This document shows positions 35,968-42,463 of a stretch of 42,463 nucleotides of DNA, piece by piece. This DNA comes from Bdellovibrionota bacterium (GTDB lineage: Bacteria > Bdellovibrionota > Bdellovibrionia > Bdellovibrionales > Bdellovibrionaceae). The notes under the pieces are model-generated. The model searched no databases, was not told the DNA's origin, and saw nothing but the letters and a program-made list of their open reading frames with translations. The stretch spans positions 4,474-46,936 of the forward strand of contig JBBTEQ010000076.1 of the NCBI GenBank assembly GCA_038042235.1, given 5' to 3'. The stretch's first letter is position 1; each line of letters begins with the position of its first letter. A program made the translations under genes and the position numbers.

Positions 35968-36408
35968 TTAGCAATTTTCTATATAAGATATATTAATGGA
36001 GCCAGCCCAAGGGCTAGCTTCTAACTTTGGGATTAGGTTTGAATCAGAAAAAAATCTGATACTTGTTATTTTTAACTGCGCTGCAATTTTTTCGATAAGC
36101 CGATTAAGTTCAGATGCAGTTAGTTCATCCCAAAGTAGAACCCATTTATTTAGGAAATGATCTTCTGTACCTAATAGCAAATAATTTTTAGGGTAATTGT
36201 TTTCAGAAAGCTTTAGGTTTGTCATTGATATGAGATTTTCTAGCCCCGGCATCACAGTTTTTTTACTTTTCAGACTATTTTGTGATAGGAGATATTTTGA
36301 ACTCAAATCAATCTTTTTCCACCAAATTAAAGAAGGATCATTTCTAATAATCCATAGACTTGAGCCTTCTGTGAAGGCGTTGCTTTCTGATAAGTTAACC
36401 GCGGGCAT
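35968..36408 (-). CDS. Hypothetical protein
   Basis: Overlaps the nusB end; no clear family. Confidence 0.7.
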   Translation of the reverse strand: MPAVNLSESNAFTEGSSLWIIRNDPSLIWWKKIDLSSKYLLSQNSLKSKKTVMPGLENLISMTNLKLSENNYPKNYLLLGTEDHFLNKWVLLWDELTASELNRLIEKIAAQLKITSIRFFSDSNLIPKLEASPWAGSINISYIENC

Positions 36409-36820
36409 TTCGTACAATCTGGTCCAAAAGACCGTTTACAAAGGACGCAGACTCCTGCGAACCGAAAGTTTTAGCAATTTCAATAGCCTCATTGATAGCA
36501 ATCTTGGGCTCTATCATCTCTTTTGCATGAAACATTTCAAAGACAGCCAGACGTAAAATATTACGGTCTACTCCACCCATGCGTTCTATTTTCCAATGGC
36601 GACTGGCCTCTTGAATTTTTTGATCAATTATTTCTTTTTTAGCATGAACTCCAGTTATGATGTCGTCTGCGTATTTAATAATTGCATTGGTTTTATCGTC
36701 AGTATTTTCATAGGCTTTTTTGTCATCAAGTAAAGACAGTGCTTGATCAAATGTAATTTGAGGTGCGTATTCGGTTTGAAATAAAATTTGTAATGCAATT
36801 TCGCGTGATTGTCTTCTCAT
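36395..36820 (-). CDS. nusB: Transcription antitermination factor NusB
   Basis: RRQSREIALQILF, W.IERM..VDRNILRLA, INEAIEIAK.F, FVNGLLD. Confidence 0.96.
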   Translation of the reverse strand: MRRQSREIALQILFQTEYAPQITFDQALSLLDDKKAYENTDDKTNAIIKYADDIITGVHAKKEIIDQKIQEASRHWKIERMGGVDRNILRLAVFEMFHAKEMIEPKIAINEAIEIAKTFGSQESASFVNGLLDQIVRNARG

Positions 36821-36842
36821 GAAGTAGTCCTTAGATGTTTAT

Positions 36843-37364
36843 TTACGCGTCTTTATCGATTTTTTTATTAGGAAACACCATTAAACTCAGCTGCGGCCCA
36901 GTTGTTTCGATCATGTCGATCAGTTCATCACCTTCAAGTTTTTCGACAAACTCCTGCACATCTTTAAATGTTCGGTACACACTGGCAAAACGAACATAGG
37001 CCACATCATCTAATTGCTTCAGTTCGGCCATTACTCTGCGACCAATTACATTTGACGCCACTTCGCCTTCACCACGGGTAATAAGCCAAGACGAAATTCT
37101 TTCAACCGAGGTCTCTATTTGGGCCAGGCTGACAGGCCTTTTCTGACACGAGGCTTGCATCCCGCGAATTAACTTTTCTTTATTGTAGGGTTCGCGCCGA
37201 CCATCTTTTTTGATTATAAAAGGATAGCTGAGCATCACGGTCTCGTGAGTTGAATAACGAGATTTACAAGATAAGCATTCGCGGCGACGCCGGATGCCGC
37301 CATCTTTTTGAACTCGGGTATCTAAAACTTTGTCTTCTGAATGACTGCAGAAAGGGCATTTCAT
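36843..37364 (-). CDS. nrdR: Transcriptional repressor NrdR
   Basis: MKCPFC, IRRRRECLSC, ATP cone, VAYVRFASVY. Confidence 0.97.
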   Translation of the reverse strand: MKCPFCSHSEDKVLDTRVQKDGGIRRRRECLSCKSRYSTHETVMLSYPFIIKKDGRREPYNKEKLIRGMQASCQKRPVSLAQIETSVERISSWLITRGEGEVASNVIGRRVMAELKQLDDVAYVRFASVYRTFKDVQEFVEKLEGDELIDMIETTGPQLSLMVFPNKKIDKDA

Positions 37365-37374
37365 AGTTAACTAT

Positions 37375-37442
37375 AAATTAGGTGAGCCTAAAGTCAGGGT
37401 CAATCAAGTCAGTTTGCAAAACTCAAAACTAGCGCGTAGCAT
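37375..37442. promoter_or_regulatory. Back-to-back sigma70 promoters (nrdR operon and beta-barrel gene)
   Basis: Minus strand TTGACC-N17-TAATTT (37403-37375); plus strand TTGCAA-N17-TAGCAT (37414-37442). Confidence 0.5.
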
Positions 37443-37462
37443 AAAACTGATGGGGGAATTAA

Positions 37463-38110
37463 ATGTTGCGGTCATTTTTTAGGGTAGGCGTTGTTTTTTT
37501 ATTGTTAAGCCCATTTGCGTTTGCAGCCGCACCAAAAGTAGGCAGAACAGCGGCGGCCAAGTATTTTGAGGCGAGTCCCGAAGATAAAACAAAAAATACT
37601 CGCTATGTAGCTTCAGAAGAAGAGGGTTTGGGGAGTGAGGAGCGTTACCTTGCATTTGGTGTGAGTACGTATGCTAGTTCAGATGCCTTTAACTGGGGAA
37701 AAATTAATAAAGAGAAAAATGTTGGCAAACTTGGTTTTGATATGACCTACAGGCTGAGCCAATCAAACTACATCGATTATGCCCTGCGGGTGCTGTACAC
37801 TGAGTACGCCCCATTTAATGAAAAAGCCTCCAAGATGAGTTTTATGTACGCTGTAACATTGCCCGATGCGGGATCTAAGTTTCCCCTTTATTTTGGTGCG
37901 GCAGCCGGCGCTGGAGTTTTTTTTACTCAACTAGAGGATGAATCTCGGCTGAGCCTCGATTATCAGCTTTTTTTGGGCTTACGCATTTTCAATTTATTTG
38001 ATAAGACTGGTTTTTATGTTGAGGGCGGCATGAAAAACCATCTGCAGTTAACCTCTGATGGTCAGCTCAATGGTACTTATGTGTCCGCTGGAGCTGTTTT
38101 TACTTTTTAG
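37463..38110 (+). CDS. Putative small outer-membrane beta-barrel protein
   Basis: Signal peptide (AFA), alternating beta strands, C-terminal GAVFTF. Confidence 0.75.
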   Translation: MLRSFFRVGVVFLLLSPFAFAAAPKVGRTAAAKYFEASPEDKTKNTRYVASEEEGLGSEERYLAFGVSTYASSDAFNWGKINKEKNVGKLGFDMTYRLSQSNYIDYALRVLYTEYAPFNEKASKMSFMYAVTLPDAGSKFPLYFGAAAGAGVFFTQLEDESRLSLDYQLFLGLRIFNLFDKTGFYVEGGMKNHLQLTSDGQLNGTYVSAGAVFTF

Positions 38111-38157
38111 TCAGCCTTTTTAGTCGGTCTTTTTAATTATGTTAGTAAGGATTTTTT

Positions 38158-39345
38158 TTGGCATTACCACTACACTATCACTTAGTTCAATCCATTGCTG
38201 AGGCTTTGGAGGAAATTTTTTTTGAAAAAAAATACGCCGACAAAGTAATTGAAAAATGTTTCAAAAATAATCGTAAGTGGGGCTCACGCGATCGAAAGTT
38301 TTTTGCCGAAACGGTTTACGAGATTGTTCGCCACAAAAGAAGACTTGAGTTTGTTGTGGGTTCGGATCATCCGTGGGATCTTATAGCCGCCTATCTGTTT
38401 CAAACAATGAACGAGATTCCCGACTGGGAAGAGTTTGATCATCTTAAAATTTCAGACCTCAAAAGCAAAAATTCCGCAGAAAAATCACCTGAGGTGGCCA
38501 ACTCATTTCCGGATTGGCTTAATGACTTGGGCAAAAATGAATTTGCCGGTGAGTGGACTAAAATTATGAATGCACTTAATATGCCGGCCGAAGTGTTTCT
38601 GCGAACTAACACCATAAAAACTAATGCTGACAATTTAATTGCTGAACTGGCTGCAGAGGATATTCAGGCTTCGATCGTATTTGACTCTTGTGTTAAATTA
38701 ACAAAAAGAAAAAATGTTTTTATTACGCAGGCTTTTAAGAAGGGTTATTTTGAAGTTCAGGATGCTGCTTCGCAGATGGTGGCACCACTTTTAGATTTAA
38801 AACCTGGTTTAAGAGTGGCCGATACCTGTGCCGGTGCTGGCGGCAAATCGCTGCATTTAGCGGCCTTGATGAAAAACAAGGGTAAGATTATAGCTATGGA
38901 TATTCACGAGTGGAAACTGAAAGCGCTGAAAGTACGCGCCGCCCGTGATGGCGTTGATATTATTGAAACCAAATTGATTGAATCCAATAAAACAATTAAG
39001 CGTCTTGAGAACACTTTTGATCGCGTACTGTTAGATGTGCCTTGTTCGGGCCTTGGTGTTTTAAGACGAAATCCAGATACCAAATGGAAATTGAGTTTGG
39101 AAGAAATCGCCAGGCTTACTGATTTACAAAAAGAAATTATCAGTCAGTATTCTAAATTGTGCAAATCCAGCGGAATTATGGTCTATGCTACTTGCAGTAT
39201 TTTACATCGCGAGAACGAAGAACAAGTGCAGTGGTTTTTAAACAGCGAGGCCGGAAAAAACTGGACACTTAAAAAAGAAATGCGCGTTTGGCCGCATATT
39301 GATAAATATGACGGTTTTTATGCTGCGGTCATGGTGAAAAGTTAA
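38158..39345 (+). CDS. RsmB/NOP-family RNA m5C methyltransferase
   Basis: GSRDR, FEVQD, DTCAGAGGK, LDVPCSG, YATCS, DGFY. Confidence 0.94.
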   Translation: MALPLHYHLVQSIAEALEEIFFEKKYADKVIEKCFKNNRKWGSRDRKFFAETVYEIVRHKRRLEFVVGSDHPWDLIAAYLFQTMNEIPDWEEFDHLKISDLKSKNSAEKSPEVANSFPDWLNDLGKNEFAGEWTKIMNALNMPAEVFLRTNTIKTNADNLIAELAAEDIQASIVFDSCVKLTKRKNVFITQAFKKGYFEVQDAASQMVAPLLDLKPGLRVADTCAGAGGKSLHLAALMKNKGKIIAMDIHEWKLKALKVRAARDGVDIIETKLIESNKTIKRLENTFDRVLLDVPCSGLGVLRRNPDTKWKLSLEEIARLTDLQKEIISQYSKLCKSSGIMVYATCSILHRENEEQVQWFLNSEAGKNWTLKKEMRVWPHIDKYDGFYAAVMVKS

Positions 39346-40394
39346 GAAATAAAACTGAATTCTTTAATTTTCAAATCTCCACGATAGGAATCGAAAACCC
39401 AATCTATATTTAAGGGACTGTTGTTGTGGATAACAGCAATTTGTGTGGGACCAACTAAATTATTCGATAATTTCAGAAAAAGATTTTCTAACCAACGATT
39501 ATCCTCGATGTTAGATTTGACACTGTTTAATGTTAAAAACACCTGCGTACGAGAGATTTTAAATGATTTTTTTTCAGCCCATGATTTTTGAATAAAGGGA
39601 ATTGATAAAAGAGCAAGATAAAATGACCAAGCGCAAAATATTTTGTAATCATTTAGTGAGTTCGGAATCGATAGAATGTAAGCGAAACTTAGTTCAGCAT
39701 CAATTTTTAGACTGGTCATAATTTGTTCTCTAGAGCCAACAAAAAATCGCCCCTCGGACTCATCGGTTTGTTGATCCTTTAAGATATTAATTTTTTGTAA
39801 AAAGAGCCCAAAATGAACAGATTTTTTAAGTCCATCGGAATCTCTATTAAAATTGTTATCAAGTTCAGATGCAAGATCGGTCAATAGCTCGCCAACAACA
39901 CCAGCAACAAAAAAACAATAAAGATTCGTTTCGGGAAGACTAGGTAAAATATTTTTTTCGGCGAACGGATTTGTTTTTGAAAAATGAATCATTCCTCGAG
40001 CCATATTACTAACTGATTTGACGACAGCTTTTTGCGCATTTTCTGAAAGCTCTTTTATATGAGACAAAAACAAGGGGAAATCTAGTAACAAAGCTTTCTC
40101 AGTATCAGGAATGCTTATTGGGAAGCTGGACTGCCATTGTTCAAAACTTGATTTTAATACAGTGGGAGAATTTGTAGACCCTGAAGCTTCTAATGAATTT
40201 AAAAAAAAGTTATAGGCTGAACTTTGCTCTGAAGAGTGGCTCCAGTGGGCATCCTCAATCGTATCTAAAATTCGACAAAGTATGTAGGCGAGTCCAACTT
40301 GCGAACGAAGCGGTTCATTTAATTCAGCGATGCAGAAAGAGAAACTTCGGCTTACATTTTCGAGATGTTTTTTATAGCAATTATAGTGGCTCAT
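39342..40394 (-). CDS. Squalene/phytoene synthase family protein (squalene synthase-like)
   Basis: VSRSF, YILCRILDTIED, YCFFVAGVVG, GLFLQKINILKD...D..EGR, FKISR. Confidence 0.85.
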   Translation of the reverse strand: MSHYNCYKKHLENVSRSFSFCIAELNEPLRSQVGLAYILCRILDTIEDAHWSHSSEQSSAYNFFLNSLEASGSTNSPTVLKSSFEQWQSSFPISIPDTEKALLLDFPLFLSHIKELSENAQKAVVKSVSNMARGMIHFSKTNPFAEKNILPSLPETNLYCFFVAGVVGELLTDLASELDNNFNRDSDGLKKSVHFGLFLQKINILKDQQTDESEGRFFVGSREQIMTSLKIDAELSFAYILSIPNSLNDYKIFCAWSFYLALLSIPFIQKSWAEKKSFKISRTQVFLTLNSVKSNIEDNRWLENLFLKLSNNLVGPTQIAVIHNNSPLNIDWVFDSYRGDLKIKEFSFIS

Positions 40395-40466
40395 TTATTT
40401 TGTCCAAAGCAATAGGTATCACTGAGGCATGAGTCGGTCAAATTAAACATATTTTTGTCTTAGAGC

Positions 40467-41231
40467 TTAAAAATAAAATTTAAGCCCCACGCGTGCACCT
40501 TCGCGTTTGTAGTTTGTCTCGACGCCACCCAATTTTGAGTTTTGGCGTTCTTGATAAACGTCTCCAAATAGTCGCAAAATGCCGTACTCGATAAAAAGAC
40601 CATAAGTTAGTTCATCCATCGTGGTGTCGCCGTAAAATGACTCGATGACTGGGGTGAAGGCGCGGTAGTTGCTTTGGATGCCGAAATATTTCATTAAATA
40701 AAGTTGAAAGGTCACCGCCGGGAACGGCTGATTCAAACGAAAACTTGCATTGCTTGCAGTTCTTGTGCGTAAGCCATAATGAACTGTAAGGTGGGTGCCC
40801 TGCACGGTGTTGCCAAAAACTCGCAGGTTAAAAATGCCAGCGGTGTCATTAAATCCCTCAGCCAGATTATTGGTGTGCTCTAGACTTACACCTACAAATT
40901 TGGCGTAGGCTGAGAGTTCTCCAGTCAGTACGCTGTGAGACGTTGAAGAGTTAAGTGCTGCTGAGGTTATCCCGAGATTATAATTCTGCAAGGCGCCACT
41001 AATGACAAACTCGTAAGGCGAAGGAGTATTAATTGTGAGCCACATATCCATTAGGGCTCTGCGATCTTTATTCTCTAACCATTCTTGTAGAGTAAATCTT
41101 TTAGCTTCACGTGCCGCCGCCCCCTGCGAAAGAAGCCAAGGCCGATTACTAGTTGTTTGTGCATTTACTTCCAGTGCCACTAAAAAAGACGCTAAAATTG
41201 TAAGTGTTAGGTACAACATATTTGTTTTCAT
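40467..41231 (-). CDS. Putative outer-membrane beta-barrel protein
   Basis: Signal peptide (VNA-Q), beta-strand pattern, C-terminal GLKFYF. Confidence 0.72.
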   Translation of the reverse strand: MKTNMLYLTLTILASFLVALEVNAQTTSNRPWLLSQGAAAREAKRFTLQEWLENKDRRALMDMWLTINTPSPYEFVISGALQNYNLGITSAALNSSTSHSVLTGELSAYAKFVGVSLEHTNNLAEGFNDTAGIFNLRVFGNTVQGTHLTVHYGLRTRTASNASFRLNQPFPAVTFQLYLMKYFGIQSNYRAFTPVIESFYGDTTMDELTYGLFIEYGILRLFGDVYQERQNSKLGGVETNYKREGARVGLKFYF

Positions 41232-41280
41232 ATTTAATTTTAACACTAAATCTAGCTATGAGTTCTAATCAGACTGAGTT

Positions 41281-41295
41281 GTTTCATATTGAGAC
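41281..41295. promoter_or_regulatory. Palindrome GTTTCA-N3-TGAGAC upstream of the beta-barrel gene
   Basis: Near-identical to the 25586 palindrome; adjacent weaker copy AATCA-GAC-TGAGT at 41267-41279. Confidence 0.45.
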
Positions 41296-41341
41296 TAAAT
41301 ATGTTGTTTTTGCGCACTTTTTATTTAATTTCTGGTGAATC

Positions 41342-42274
41342 TCAATAATGCCACGGATATTTTTTAAAGTCTTTTGCGCGTTTATTTACAAAAGAATCGC
41401 GTCCCTCTTTGGCCTCTTCGGTTCCGTAAGCTAGGCGCGTGGCTTCGCCCGCGAACATCTGTTGACCAATAAGTCCATCATCTATCAGATTGAAACCATA
41501 TTTTAACATGCGCATAGCGGTCGGTGATTTTTGATTTATTTCGGCGGCCCATTCAAGTGCTACGCGTTCTAAATCTTTATGAGCAACAACCTCATTGACC
41601 ATACCCATTTCAAAAGCCGTCTGGGCATTATAATTACGGCCTAAGAAAAAAATCTCACGAGCCTTTTTTTGCCCTACTTGGCGGGCTAAGTAAGCGGATC
41701 CAAAACCAGAATCAAAACTGGCCACATCCGGATCGGTTTGTTTAAAAACTGCATGTTCTTTAGAGGCAATAGTTAAATCACAAACTACGTGAAGAGAGTG
41801 CCCACCACCGACGGCCCAACCAGGAACAACAGCCATAACAACTTTGGGCATAAAACGTATCTGCCTTTGTACTTCTAAAATATGCAATCGACCTAGTTTT
41901 GCCAAATCCACTTTGCTTTGCTCGGTTAGGCCTGTGCCATTGTTGTCTTCGCCTTGATACTTATAGCCATCCTTGCCACGAACTCTTTGATCACCACCTG
42001 AGCAAAAAGCCCAACCACCATCTTTAGAGGACGGGCCGTTGCCTGTAATAATAACAACACCGATGTTAGCGCTGATTCGGGCGTGTTCTAAAGCAACTGA
42101 TAGCTCATCAACTGTTTTTGGCCTGAACGCATTGCGTACTTCGGGTCTGTTAAAGGCGATTCTGACGGTACCCTGATCGATTGCATGGTGATAGGTGATG
42201 TCAGTGAAGTCGAAGCCTTCAACAGAGCGCCATCTTTCAGGGTCAAAAATATCTGAAACTTTTTTTGTAAGCAT
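41342..42274 (-). CDS. menB: 1,4-dihydroxy-2-naphthoyl-CoA synthase
   Basis: RPEVRNAF, FCSGGDQ, GGG, QTD..V.SFD.G.G, GQKKAREIFF, EAKEGRDSF. Confidence 0.96.
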   Translation of the reverse strand: MLTKKVSDIFDPERWRSVEGFDFTDITYHHAIDQGTVRIAFNRPEVRNAFRPKTVDELSVALEHARISANIGVVIITGNGPSSKDGGWAFCSGGDQRVRGKDGYKYQGEDNNGTGLTEQSKVDLAKLGRLHILEVQRQIRFMPKVVMAVVPGWAVGGGHSLHVVCDLTIASKEHAVFKQTDPDVASFDSGFGSAYLARQVGQKKAREIFFLGRNYNAQTAFEMGMVNEVVAHKDLERVALEWAAEINQKSPTAMRMLKYGFNLIDDGLIGQQMFAGEATRLAYGTEEAKEGRDSFVNKRAKDFKKYPWHY

Positions 42275-42386
42275 ATCCAGTTCCTTTATAATATTTCATA
42301 TTAATCTTTGTACCATTGACCAATTTCCGAAGCCAAGCAAAGATATTATATAACAGTTCGACTCATGATATTTTTTAGGAGTTTTT

Positions 42387-42463
42387 ATGTCTTATGTACA
42401 TGATTTAAGCCCGTTCATTTTAAAATTACCTGAAACAGCTTTATGGGGAGATCAATTCGGTTT
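42387..42463 (+). CDS. lgt: Probable prolipoprotein diacylglyceryl transferase, N-terminus (3' truncated by window edge)
   Basis: AGGAG SD, then MSYVHDLSPFILKLPETALWGDQFG..., resembling the Lgt N-terminus before IRWYG; only 25 codons visible. Confidence 0.55.
   Translation, partial: MSYVHDLSPFILKLPETALWGDQFG

Noticed and set aside
416-41268. Many short antisense or alternate-frame ORFs in the track (e.g. 416-604, 1537-1743, 8017-8268, 17009-17332, 22872-23114, 27064-27312, 36197-36556, 41035-41268)
   Set aside because: They lie within or largely overlap well-supported genes and show no recognisable motifs; these are shadow ORFs
1-42463. CRISPR array, tRNA/rRNA, IS element, integrase, prophage or recognisable defence system
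   Set aside because: No regularly spaced repeats, cloverleaf motifs, transposase/integrase ORFs or phage genes were seen by eye; a small structured RNA could have been missed

Overview
AT-rich core-chromosome segment, most likely from a predatory Bdellovibrionota bacterium (Bdellovibrio/Pseudobdellovibrio-like). This is inferred from gene content: a Gld-like ABC cluster, an AgmX/PglI-type protein, and an LD-carboxypeptidase-NTF2 gene beside fliL. About 45 CDS are present: an NFACT protein, a GldA/F/G-DUF4340 ABC system followed by a GHMP kinase, a DUF429-like protein and an App1-type HAD phosphatase, secG, tmk-holB-tatD-gap-pgk-tpiA-threonine dehydratase, hisC-cmk, htpG, rpsA-sppA-HIT-rhomboid, fliL, a LysR regulator, a PPDK regulatory protein, nrdR-nusB, two RsmB/NOP methyltransferases, a squalene-synthase-like gene, menB and the start of lgt. 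I saw no rRNA, tRNA, CRISPR array, transposase or prophage. Main observations: (1) three sigma28-like promoters, each exactly 7 nt upstream of an ATG, suggesting leaderless FliA transcripts; (2) an intact, coupled but catalytically eroded hydantoinase/oxoprolinase A+B pair; (3) an RqcH-like NFACT protein with substituted Ala-tailing motifs; (4) an accessory block between cmk and rpsA with a sigma54 promoter and an upstream palindrome; (5) an unannotated 58-aa ORF; (6) a probable inversion separating secG from tpiA. All family calls come from motif recognition by eye; no searches were run.
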